From Actinomycetota bacterium (GTDB lineage: Bacteria > Actinomycetota > Thermoleophilia > Gaiellales > Gaiellaceae), in assembly GCA_040007455.1 (NCBI GenBank), contig JBDTVA010000001.1, positions 1 to 32,815 of the forward strand: a stretch of 32,815 nucleotides of DNA, written 5' to 3'. Below the pieces are notes generated by a model. It had not been told where the DNA came from and did not search any database. It worked only from the letters and a program-made list of their open reading frames with translations. Made by a program: the position numbers and the translations under genes. Shown here in pieces: positions 16,534 to 25,400 of the stretch (positions are counted from its first letter, which is position 1; each line of letters starts with the position of its first letter).

Positions 16534-17385
16534 ATGACGGTTGCCAGGAGATTCGACGGCTTCGAGGAGCGGGCCTCGGAGTACCGGGGGACGCGGCTCC
16601 AGGCGCTCCTCGGAGGGCCGCCGGACGGCCCCCCGCTCGTGCTCCTGCACGGTCTGGGTGGTTCCCGCTCCAACTGGGCCTTTCTGGCCCCCGAGCTCGC
16701 CCGCACCCGCCGGGTGCTCGTCGTCGACCTGCCCGGCCACGGTCGCTCCTCGGCGCTCCCGGCCGCGCCCGGGCTCGGGCCGTACGCCGACCGGGTCGCG
16801 AAGCTGCTCGAGGAGGAGGGCCTCGCGCCGGCGGACGTCGTCGGCCACTCGTTCGGCGGCCTCGTGGGGATCCGTCTCGCCGTCCGCCGGCCCGAGCTCG
16901 TGCGCAGCCTCGTGCTCGCCGCCGCGGCGGGGATCACGTCCAGCACGCTCCGGGCGGAGCGGGTGCTCGCGCTCGTCGGCTGGATCCAGCCCGGCCGCAG
17001 GATCTCGCCGTACTGGCGTGTGGTCGCGCGCAGCGCGGCGCTGAAGCGGGCCGTCTTCGGCCACTGGTTCGCGGCTGACCCCGCGGCGCTCTCGGACGAC
17101 GCGATCGAGGCGCTGCTCGTCGACATCAACCTGCACTCGGACACGCAGAGCGCGCTTCGGGCCCTCGCCGGCGACGACTCGCGCGCAGACCTCCACCTCG
17201 TGCGGTGTCCCACACTCATGCTCTGGGGCGCGAACGACAACCAGCTGCCGCTGGACGACGCCTTCGACTACGCGCGGCGCCTGCGCGCACCGCTCCGCAT
17301 GATCGCTGACTGCGGGCACCTGCTCATCATCGAGCGCCCCGCCGCGTGCCTCGACGCCGTCGAGGGCTTCCTGGCGGCCCGTTAG
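16534..17385 (+). CDS. alpha/beta-fold hydrolase
   Basis: Has the oxyanion HGLGGS motif, the nucleophile elbow GHSFGG and a C-terminal His context CGHLLIIERP. Confidence 0.85.
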   Translation: MTVARRFDGFEERASEYRGTRLQALLGGPPDGPPLVLLHGLGGSRSNWAFLAPELARTRRVLVVDLPGHGRSSALPAAPGLGPYADRVAKLLEEEGLAPADVVGHSFGGLVGIRLAVRRPELVRSLVLAAAAGITSSTLRAERVLALVGWIQPGRRISPYWRVVARSAALKRAVFGHWFAADPAALSDDAIEALLVDINLHSDTQSALRALAGDDSRADLHLVRCPTLMLWGANDNQLPLDDAFDYARRLRAPLRMIADCGHLLIIERPAACLDAVEGFLAAR

Positions 17386-17395
17386 CCTCTCCGTC

Positions 17396-17986
17396 ATGGA
17401 TGCGCGCGCGTTCGGTGAGTCGCTCGTCACGCTGCTCGTGATCATGGACCCGGTCGGCGGCGCGCCGATCTTCCTTTCCGTCACCGCGGGGCTCAGCCCG
17501 CGCGAGCGTCAGGTCGCCGCGCTTCGCGCCGTCGGCGCAGCAGCCGCGCTCGTGTTCGGCTTCGCGCTTTTCGGCGGGCTCGTGCTGGACTACCTGGGCG
17601 TCTCGATCGAATCCCTCTCGATCGCCGGCGGTCTCCTGTTGCTGCTCGTCGCGCTCGAAATGCTCCGCGGCGAGGACTTTCCGAGCGGGCCGAGCGCGGA
17701 CGTGGCGCTCGTGCCGCTGGCGACGCCGCTCCTGGCCGGTCCCGGGGCGATCGCGACGGTGATCGTCCTGATGCGCCGGCACGACGACACGGGCGGCCGG
17801 GTCAGCGTCGTCCTCGGGATCGCCGTCGCGATCCTGATCGTCGGGGCGAGCCTGCTGCTCGCCGAGCGCGTCGCGCGCTACCTGCCGGAGGGAATCGTCA
17901 GCTTCCTCACGCGCGTGTTCGGCCTGCTGCTCTCGGCGATCGCGGTGCAGCTGATCGTCGACGGTGTGCTCGGCCTGACCGACTGA
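17396..17986 (+). CDS. MarC-family (UPF0056/NAAT) integral membrane protein
   Basis: About six TM helices. The N-terminal LLVIMDPVGGAPIFLS and PLATPLLAGPGAI motifs are typical of the MarC family. Confidence 0.85.
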   Translation: MDARAFGESLVTLLVIMDPVGGAPIFLSVTAGLSPRERQVAALRAVGAAAALVFGFALFGGLVLDYLGVSIESLSIAGGLLLLLVALEMLRGEDFPSGPSADVALVPLATPLLAGPGAIATVIVLMRRHDDTGGRVSVVLGIAVAILIVGASLLLAERVARYLPEGIVSFLTRVFGLLLSAIAVQLIVDGVLGLTD

Positions 17987-17989
17987 CGG

Positions 17990-18023
17990 CGAGAAAAGAA
18001 AAGGGCCGCACGAGGCGGCCCTT
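17990..18023 (-). terminator. intrinsic terminator of tRNA-Pro (also closes marC on the + strand)
   Basis: The 9-bp stem AAGGGCCGC/GCGGCCCTT spans 18001-18023. On the minus strand it is followed by TTTTCTTTTCT. Confidence 0.7.
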
Positions 18024-18037
18024 CCCATCCCTACTCA

Positions 18038-18111
18038 TCGGGGTGCCGAGATTCGAACTCGGGACCTCTCCGACCCGAACGGAGCGCGCTACCAGGCTGC
18101 GCCACACCCCG
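18038..18111 (-). tRNA. tRNA-Pro (anticodon CGG)
   Basis: I folded it by hand as a 74-nt cloverleaf. The acceptor stem is CGGGGTG/CACCCCG and the D arm is GCGC-AGCCTGGTA-GCGC. The anticodon arm is CTCCG-TTCGGGT-CGGAG, the T arm is CCGAG-TTCGAAT-CTCGG and the discriminator is A. CCA is not encoded. Confidence 0.93.
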
Positions 18112-18134
18112 GAAGAGCGGCAAAGGGTAGCGGC

Positions 18135-18527
18135 TCAGATTCGGCGGTGGACGATCGCGGTGCACTCGTCCTCGACATAGTCGAGGCCGGCCTCTTCGCA
18201 GATCGTGCGGGCTTCGGGCGAGCGCAGGTCCAGCTGGAGCCAGAACGCCTTCGCGCCGGCCTCGACGGCCTCTCGGGCGTGCCCGGGTGCGGCCGCTTCG
18301 TTCCGGAAGACGTCCACGAGGTCGATCGGCTCCTCGATCTCCGCGAGCGAAGCGACGCAGGGGACGCCGAGCACCTCGTCGCAGTCGCCGGGCCGAACGG
18401 GGATCACCCGGTAGCCCTGGTGCAGGAGGTAGCGCATGACGCCGTGGCTCGGCCGGGCGGAGTTCGCGGAGGCGCCGACGAGCGCGATCGTCCTGGTGTC
18501 CCGCAGGATCTGCTCGGGCGACCGCAC
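18135..18527 (-). CDS. CoA-binding domain protein (YccU/YneT-like)
   Basis: IALVGASANSARPSHGVMRYLLHQGYRVIPVRP has a Rossmann-like CoA-binding signature. The 130-aa length is typical of the family. Confidence 0.85.
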   Translation of the reverse strand: MRSPEQILRDTRTIALVGASANSARPSHGVMRYLLHQGYRVIPVRPGDCDEVLGVPCVASLAEIEEPIDLVDVFRNEAAAPGHAREAVEAGAKAFWLQLDLRSPEARTICEEAGLDYVEDECTAIVHRRI

Positions 18528-18549
18528 GTGCCAAGGCTATCCTCGCGCC

Positions 18550-19230
18550 GTGGCGCTCGCGGCCGTGCTCTTCGACGTCGACTTCACGCTCGCGAAGCCC
18601 GGCCCCGACCTCGGGCCCGAGGGCTACACGCGACTCGGCGCGCGCTACGGGCTCGACCTCGACCCGTCGCGCTACGACGAGGCGCGCCTCGCGGCCTTCG
18701 ACACCCTCGAGCTGCACCCCGAGCTCGAGCACGACGAAGAGGTGTGGGTGCTGTTCACGGAGCGGATCATCCGCGGCATGGGCGGCGACTCCGAGCGCGC
18801 GTACGAGTGCGCCGCCGAGATGACCCGCGCCTGGGAGCACGCGCACAACTTCGACCTCTACGACGACGTGCTCCCGACGCTCGAGGCGCTGCGCTCGCGC
18901 GGCCTGAAGCTCGGTCTCATCTCGAACACCGCGCGCGACCTCGACGCGTTTGTCGCCCACCACGCACTCGACGTCGACGCTGCGCTCTCGTCGCGCGCGC
19001 ACGGGAAGGTGAAGCCGCACGAGTCGATCTTCCTTGCAGTGCTCGAGCAGCTCGGAGTTGCGGCCGCCGAGACGGCGATGGTCGGCGACACGCCCGCCGA
19101 CGACGTGGACGGGGCTCGCGCGCTCGGGATCCAGGCGTTCCTGCTCGACCGCGAGGGGCGCTTCCCGAACGCGGACGCGCGATTGACCGATCTGCGCGAA
19201 CTGCCCGCCGCGCTCGGGCTCGTGCCCTAG
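18550..19230 (+). CDS. HAD-superfamily hydrolase (subfamily IA)
   Basis: Motif I LFDVDFTLAK follows GTG 18550. Also present: ISNT, K-KPHESIF and MVGDTPADDVDGA. The track start at 18436 would overlap the divergent CoA-binding gene. Confidence 0.8.
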   Translation: MALAAVLFDVDFTLAKPGPDLGPEGYTRLGARYGLDLDPSRYDEARLAAFDTLELHPELEHDEEVWVLFTERIIRGMGGDSERAYECAAEMTRAWEHAHNFDLYDDVLPTLEALRSRGLKLGLISNTARDLDAFVAHHALDVDAALSSRAHGKVKPHESIFLAVLEQLGVAAAETAMVGDTPADDVDGARALGIQAFLLDREGRFPNADARLTDLRELPAALGLVP

Positions 19231-20189
19231 AGACCCAACTCGGCACGCCACGCCTCGGTCTGCTCGCCGAGCCGCGGGGCGGAGTGCGGCGAGTCCCCGG
19301 CGCCCAGGTCGACGGACGCCTCCGCGAGCGTTGCGACCGGGCCGGCCGCGACGTCCTCCGTGTCGAAGAGCTCGAGCCACTCGTCGAGCGTGCGCGTGGC
19401 GAAGATCGCGGCGAGCTCGTCGGTCAGCGCCTGCTGGTCGTCGGCGAACTGCAACGGCGCGAGCTCGGGTCGCTCGAGCAGCGCGCAGAGCCGTTCGAAG
19501 AAGTGGGCCTCGAGCGCCGCGAGGGTGAGCCAGCGTCCGTCGGCGGTTGCGTAGATCCGGTAGCAGGCGAGCCCGCCGGTGAGCAGGTGCGGCCTCGGGT
19601 CGCCGGCGACGCGGTGCGAGACGAAGCGGTGCGAGCCGTGCGTCATCGAGACGACGAGCCGCGCGCCGCGCCCGGTGCGCTCACGCTCGAGCAGCGCGGC
19701 CAGGATCTCGGCTACGGCCGCGAGCGCGCCTGCGCCGAGATCCGCGACCTGGACCGGGGGGAGGGCCGGCGCAGTGTCTGCGAGCGCGCCCGCCCAGCCG
19801 AGGTAGTTCAGGTCGTGGCCGGCTCGAAGCGCGTGGCGCCCGTCGAGCCCGAAGCCCGTGAGCGAGCAGTAGACGACGCGATCGGGGACGTCGTCGGGAC
19901 CGACGCCCAGGCGGGCGGCGACGCCCGGCCGGAAACCCTCGAGCACGACGTCCGCGCGGGCGCAGAGGGCACGGCCGAGCTCGGGCTCGGCCTTGAGGTC
20001 GGCCACGACCGACTCCTTGCCGGCGTTGAGCGCCGCGTCCCACTGCGGGGCGATCGCACGGAGCGGGTCGCCCTCGGGCGACTCGAGCCGGACGACGCGG
20101 GCGCCGAGGCGGAGCAGCTCGCGACTGGCGAAAGGGCCCGGCAGGTGCCGCGTCAGATCGACGACGAGGAGCCCCACCAGCGGTTGCAC
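19227..20189 (-). CDS. family III CoA-transferase (CaiB/BaiF / alpha-methylacyl-CoA racemase-like)
   Basis: The N-terminus is LLVVDLTRHLPGPFASRELLRLGARVVRLESPEGDP. AGHDLNYLGWAGAL and the catalytic Asp context VADLGAG are also present. The start is GTG. Confidence 0.85.
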   Translation of the reverse strand: MQPLVGLLVVDLTRHLPGPFASRELLRLGARVVRLESPEGDPLRAIAPQWDAALNAGKESVVADLKAEPELGRALCARADVVLEGFRPGVAARLGVGPDDVPDRVVYCSLTGFGLDGRHALRAGHDLNYLGWAGALADTAPALPPVQVADLGAGALAAVAEILAALLERERTGRGARLVVSMTHGSHRFVSHRVAGDPRPHLLTGGLACYRIYATADGRWLTLAALEAHFFERLCALLERPELAPLQFADDQQALTDELAAIFATRTLDEWLELFDTEDVAAGPVATLAEASVDLGAGDSPHSAPRLGEQTEAWRAELGL

Positions 20190-20218
20190 CCGCGCGAACC
20201 TACACTACGATCCGGCAG

Positions 20219-20812
20219 TTGACAGAGAGCTCGCTCACCATCGACAAGCGTCGCGTTCTGCTCGAAGCCGCCGTTCGCGTGTTCGCGCGGCGCGGCTTCC
20301 ACGCCGCGCGCGTCGGCGACATCGCGGAGGAGGCGGGTGTCGCGCACGGGCTGCTGTACCACTACTTCAGCTCGAAGGAAGAGGTGCTCGAGACAATCTT
20401 CCGCGAGACGTGGGCCGATCTGCTCGCGGCGGTGCGCGACGTCGAGGAGTCGGGCGAGTCTGCGCGCGAGCAGCTGCGCCAGGTCGCGGCGATTCTGCTC
20501 CGCTCGTGGCGCCGCGACCCGGACCTGGTACGCGTGCTCGTCCGCGGAGTCACGCGAAGCTCGGAGCTCGACCGCCGCGTCGGCGACGTCGGCGACGCGT
20601 TCGCCGCGATCGAGCGCATCGTCCGGCGCGGCCAGGAGGCGGGTGAGCTCCGCCCGGAGCTCGACGCGCGCCTCACGAGCGTCATCTTCTACGGCGCGAT
20701 CGAGGAGCTCCTCACGGGCTGGGTGCTCGAGCTGCTGCCGGACACCGACGACGACGTCGCACGCGCCGAGCGGACCGTCGTCCAGATCGTCTCGGGTGGA
20801 CTGGCGGTTTGA
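20219..20812 (+). CDS. TetR/AcrR-family transcriptional regulator
   Basis: The N-terminal HTH is LLEAAVRVFARRGFHAARVGDIAEEAGVAHGLLYHYFSSKEEVL. The start is TTG 20219. Confidence 0.9.
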   Translation: MTESSLTIDKRRVLLEAAVRVFARRGFHAARVGDIAEEAGVAHGLLYHYFSSKEEVLETIFRETWADLLAAVRDVEESGESAREQLRQVAAILLRSWRRDPDLVRVLVRGVTRSSELDRRVGDVGDAFAAIERIVRRGQEAGELRPELDARLTSVIFYGAIEELLTGWVLELLPDTDDDVARAERTVVQIVSGGLAV

Positions 20813-20828
20813 GGTGATTTCGCCGCGC

Positions 20829-20856
20829 CAGCGGCCGCGAAGCGGCCGCCTTTAGG
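20829..20856. repeat. module A: double NotI-site hairpin repeat (likely tetR terminator)
   Basis: 28/28 identical to 5011-5038. The hairpin starts 19 nt after the TetR stop and is followed by CTTT. Confidence 0.85.
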
Positions 20857-20867
20857 GGTCTTCGCGC

Positions 20868-20913
20868 GTCGCGGATCCGCGCGAGCGGATTCGCGACTTG
20901 CGCGCCTACTAGC
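20868..20913. repeat. palindromic intergenic repeat, module B copy 4 (diverged)
   Basis: Sequence is GTCGCGGATCCGC-GCGA-GCGGATTCGCGAC-TTGCGCGCCTACTAGC. It shares the arm sequence and TTGCGC flank of copies 1-3 and again runs into the TAG stop (CTA 20909-20911) of a minus-strand gene. Confidence 0.8.
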
Positions 20914-21379
20914 GACAGACGGGCTCTGACGAGCGCTGGAGCGAGAAGGCCCAGAGCAGGTCGTCCTTGAAAGAGAACGCGCTGGTGACCGTGCCGCGCC
21001 GCTGCACCAGCACCGAGTAGTGCCCGCACTCGAAGCGCGGCAGCGTTCCGTACACGCCGTTCACGCTGAGCGGCGTGTCGCCGAGCCGTACCCCCTTGTC
21101 GGTGCGCCAGCCCGTCGGCACCCAGAGCGTGTAGAGCGCGATGGCCCGGCCCCGCTCGAACTCGGCCCCGGTTCCGACCTGGTTGAACTTGCCGTACGTG
21201 AAGTAGAGCGTCCGGTGACGGCAGCCGCGGCAGACGCCGACGTGCGGACCCCAGGCCGCTCGCACCTGCGCCTCCGTCGCGCCGAGCCGCACGCCCGCCA
21301 GGCTCTTCCCGGGCACGAAGACCCCTGCCTGCGGCAGCGCGAGCATGAACGAGAGGACGGCGGCGAGCACGACCGGCAA
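20909..21379 (-). CDS. hypothetical secreted protein
   Basis: Has a hydrophobic N-terminus (VVLAAVLSFMLALPQAG), two internal GVRLG(A/D)T-containing half-repeats and four or more Cys. The start is TTG 21379. No family recognised. Confidence 0.5.
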   Translation of the reverse strand: MPVVLAAVLSFMLALPQAGVFVPGKSLAGVRLGATEAQVRAAWGPHVGVCRGCRHRTLYFTYGKFNQVGTGAEFERGRAIALYTLWVPTGWRTDKGVRLGDTPLSVNGVYGTLPRFECGHYSVLVQRRGTVTSAFSFKDDLLWAFSLQRSSEPVCR

Positions 21380-21393
21380 TGTAGAACACGCCG

Positions 21394-22383
21394 GTGAGCG
21401 ACTACGAGCGGATCGCCGGTCTCGAGCTCCTCGTCGACGCCGTCGAGCTGGAGCGCAGCGAGCTGGCCGTCTCGAGCGGGTTCACGCGGGTGACGACGAC
21501 GGTCAGGCTTTCCGGCGTGGGCGTGGTCGGCGAGGGCGAGGACGTCACCTACGAGGCGCCCCACCACGACGGGTACGCGCCGCCCGACCTCGCCGGCACG
21601 TGGGCGTTCGACGACTTCTCGGAGCGGCTCGACTCGCTCGACCTCGCCGGCTATCGGCGCTGGGGGTTCGAGAGCGCGGCGCTCGACCTCGCGCTGCGGC
21701 AGGCGGGCACGTCGCTCGGCGCGGCCGTCGGCCGCGACTACCGCCCCGTGCGCTTCGTCGTCTCGACGCGCGAGGACATCGAGCGCTTCCTCGCCGTGCA
21801 GCCGACGCTCGAGTTCAAGGTCGACCCGACGAGCACGTGGTCGCGCGCGCTGATCGACGAGCTCGCCGCGACGGGACGGATCCGGGTCGTCGACCTCAAG
21901 GGCTACTACCGCGGCACTGTCGTCGACCAGCCCGCCGACCCGCGTCTGTACCGCGATGTCGTCGAAGGCTTCCCCGACGCCGTGATCGAGGACGCGGCCT
22001 TCACCGACGAGACGCGCCCGATTCTCGAAGCTGCCGCCGGTCGGCTGAGCTTCGACGCCCCGATCCACTCGGTCGAGGACGTGCAGGCACTCGAGGTCGA
22101 GCCGCGCTGGCTGAACATCAAGCCGTCGCGCTTCGGCAGCGCGCGCCGGCTGCTCGACACGATCGCCTACGCGGAGGAGCACGGCATCACGCTCTACGGC
22201 GGCGGCCAGTTCGAGCTCGGGGTCGGCCGCTCGCACATCCAGGCGGTCGCGAGCGTGTACTACTCGGACTCCGCGAACGACGTCGCGCCGAGCCTCTACA
22301 ACGAGCCGCAGCTGCCGGCCGACGCGCCCGCCAGCCCACTCACTCCGCCCGCCGATCCTCAGGGACTTGCATTCGTGCCCTAG
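21394..22383 (+). CDS. enolase-superfamily-like (MR/MLE C-terminal TIM-barrel-like) protein, function unknown
   Basis: The motif order resembles enolase-superfamily barrels: LEFKVDP, VVDLKG, AVIEDAAF and WLNIKPSRFGS. The assignment is tentative. The start is GTG 21394. Confidence 0.5.
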   Translation: MSDYERIAGLELLVDAVELERSELAVSSGFTRVTTTVRLSGVGVVGEGEDVTYEAPHHDGYAPPDLAGTWAFDDFSERLDSLDLAGYRRWGFESAALDLALRQAGTSLGAAVGRDYRPVRFVVSTREDIERFLAVQPTLEFKVDPTSTWSRALIDELAATGRIRVVDLKGYYRGTVVDQPADPRLYRDVVEGFPDAVIEDAAFTDETRPILEAAAGRLSFDAPIHSVEDVQALEVEPRWLNIKPSRFGSARRLLDTIAYAEEHGITLYGGGQFELGVGRSHIQAVASVYYSDSANDVAPSLYNEPQLPADAPASPLTPPADPQGLAFVP

Positions 22384-22415
22384 GCGCGCGCCGCGCGCCG
22401 CCTTATCCTCGGAGT

Positions 22416-25400
22416 ATGGCCGCGTGCCGCCAGTGCGGCTCAGAGCTGCCCGAGGGCGCCCGTTTCTGCCCCGCCTGCGGGACGGCCGTCGGCCGCCGTC
22501 ACGGCGAGGAGCGCAAGGTCGTGACGGTGCTCTTCGCCGACCTTGTCGACTCGACGGGGCTCGGCGACGGTCGCGACCCGGAGGAGCTCCGCGCCGTCAT
22601 GCGACCGCACTTGACGCAGATGCGAGCCGCGATCGAGCGGCACGGGGGCACCTTCGAGAAGTTCGTTGGGGACGCGGTGATGGCCGTGTTCGGTGCGCCC
22701 GTCGCTCACGAGGACGATCCGGAACGCGCAATCCGGGCTGCGCTCGCGATCCGTGACGCGGTTCGCGGTGTCCGCATTGGAGTGAGCACCGGCGATGCCG
22801 TCGTCCAGCTCGACGCGACCTCCGGCGCCGGCGAGGGAATCGCGACGGGCGACGTCGTCACGACGACGTTTCGTATCCAAGAGGCAGCCGACCTCGACTC
22901 CGTGCTCGTCGGCGAGTTGACGTACCGGGCCACGCAAGGGGCGATCGAGTTCGGCGAGCGCCGGCTCCTCCAGGCGCGCGGGAAGGTCGAGCCGGTCCCC
23001 GTCTACGAGGCGTTGCGGGCGACCGCCGATCTGAGGGCGTCGCACGAGGGCTCGCCGCTCGCTCCGCTCGTGGGCCGGAGGGAGGAACTGAGCCTGATTC
23101 TCGACACGCTCTCCCGTGCGCGGCGCGATCGCACTGTTCAGCTCGTGACGTTGATCGGCGTTCCGGGGATCGGCAAGAGCCGACTCGTCTGGGAGCTCCA
23201 GCGCGCGCTCCAGGACGAGCCCGGGCTCGTCACCTGGCGTCGCGGCCGGTGCCTCCCGTACGGCGAAGGGGTCACGTTCTGGGCCCTGGGCGAGATGGTC
23301 AAGGCGCAGGCCGGGATCCTCGAGACGGACGACGCGGCGACGGCGGAGGCAAAGCTGTACCGCGCCGTGCGCGACCTCGTGGCTGACCCGCGCGAGGCCG
23401 AGTGGGTCGAAGGACACTTACGGCTGCTGCTCGCGCTCGATGCTCCCGCGGGCGAGCGTCGGGAAGAGGCCTTTGCGGCCTGGCGTCGCCTGTTCGAGGC
23501 GCTCTCGGCCCGGCGGCCGCTGGTGCTGGTGGTCGAAGACCTGCACTGGGCCGACGAGGGCCTGCTCGACTTCCTCGACCATCTGGCCGACTGGGCGACG
23601 AGCGCGCCGCTCGTCCTGATCTGCACGTCGCGGCCCGAGCTGCGAGAGCGGCGTCCGATGTGGGGGGCTCGGGCGAACGCGGTCACGATCGCCCTCGCGC
23701 CGTTGAGCGACGACGAGACCGGCACGCTCGTCGGCTATCTGCTCCGGCAGACGCTCGTTCCGGACGAGTTTCGGGAGGCGCTGCTCGCGCGCGCGGAGGG
23801 GAACCCGCTGTACGCCGAGGAGTTCGTGCGCATGCTCGTCGATCGCGGCTTCCTCTACCGCAACGGCGGGGGTTGGCAGCTCCGCGAAGGTGAGCTGCCG
23901 CTGCCCGAGTCGGTGCAGGGGATCATCGCTGCACGGATCGACGCGCTGCAGACAGACGAAAAGCTCGTTCTCCAGGATGCGGCCGTGATCGGCCGCGGCT
24001 TCTGGCCGGACGCGGTCGCTGCGGTCGGCGATCTCGAACGCGCGGAGGTCGGGCACATCCTCCGGTCGCTGGAGCAGAAAGAGCTCGTCCGGCGTCTCGG
24101 CACGAGCGCCGTCGCAGGAGAGCTCCAGTACTCGTTTCGGCACGCACTCGTGCGGGACGTCGCGTACGGGCAGATCCCCCGTGCCGAGCGAACGCGCCGG
24201 CATCTGCTCGCAGCGACCTGGATCGAGTCGCTCGGGCGCCGCGAGGATCATGCCGAGACGCTCGCCCATCACTACCTCGCCGCGGTGGAGTACGCCGAAG
24301 CCGGCGGACAGGAGAGCGCGTCCTTCGCGTCTCGGGCGCAGAGAGCCCTGCGCGAGGCTGGTGACCGAGCGCTGTCGCTGAGCGCGTTCTCGACCGCGGC
24401 GCAATTCTTCCAGGGCGCGCTCGACCTCTGGCCGGAGGATGACTCCGAGCGGCCGCTCGTGCTCTTCTGCCTCGGCAAGGCGCTCTCGCGGAGTGCGGCC
24501 CCCGACGAGGGCGTGCTGGAAGACGCGCGGGACGCGCTCCTCGCTGCGGGTGACATCGACCGCGCCGCGGAGTGCGACGTCATCGTTGGTGAGCTGCTTT
24601 GGCGCAGCGGCCAGCGCGAGCGTGCGTTCGAACGAATGAACGCCGGAGTCGAACGGCTCGAAGGCCGCCCGGCGTCGTACTCGAAGGCCTACGCGCTCAG
24701 CACGCTGTCGCGGTTCAAGATCGCCGCCGACGATGCCGAGGCGGCGATCGAGCTCGCGCGTGCCGCGATGGAGATCGCCGAGGAGCTCGAGCTCGACGAC
24801 CTCCGAGCGCACACGCTGAACACAGTGGGCGTTGCCCGAGCGACGCGGGGCGACCGCGAAGGACTGACCGACCTGGAGCGAAGCATCGAGATCGCCGTCG
24901 GCGCGAGCTCGCCCGAGAGCATTCGTGGCTACTTCAACCTCGGGAGCATGCAGGCGAACTTCGGGGATCTGCGGCGCGCGGCCGAGCTCCACACGCAGGC
25001 GCGGGCGCTCGCAGACCGTTACGGCGACGCCGCGTGGACGGACTGGCTCGAGGCCGAGCGCGTCTACCAGCACTACTGGGCGGGCGAGTGGGACGAAGCT
25101 CAGAAGCTGGCCGAGCGGCTGCTCGCCAAGGTCCGGGACGGAGCCACGGGCCGGCTCGAGCTCGACGGCTCGCTCGTGAGCGGCTGGATCGCGCTCGCCC
25201 GCGGGGACGTCGACTCGGCAGTCGTGAATGCCGACCGGGCCCACGCCTTCAGCCGCATCGCGGACGACCCGCAGAACCTCTACCCGGCGCTCGCATTTCG
25301 CGCCCGGGCGCTGCTCGAGGCGGGTCGAAGCACCGAAGCCGCGCAGAACGTCGAGGAGCTGCTGGGCGCGCTCGCGGCGACGCCGTCGCTCCCCTCCTTC

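Noticed and set aside
16383-17240. Upstream extension of the ORF containing the 56-aa gene (342 aa in the track).
   Set aside because: It is antisense to the alpha/beta hydrolase gene and Ser/Arg/Ala-rich. It would also read through an intrinsic terminator. A strong RBS precedes the internal ATG 16382.
18038-18111. tRNA-Pro as an integration site for a mobile element or genomic island.
   Set aside because: No integrase, excisionase or direct repeat of the tRNA 3' end was seen nearby. The flanking genes (marC, CoA-binding protein) look like ordinary chromosomal genes with the same composition.
21345-22415. The N-terminal 357 codons of the 1459-aa track ORF that contains the STAND/cyclase protein.
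   Set aside because: This part overlaps the enolase-like gene in another frame and is Arg-rich nonsense. The recognisable protein begins at ATG 22416 (MAACRQCGSELPEGARFCPACG), which has an upstream GGAG.
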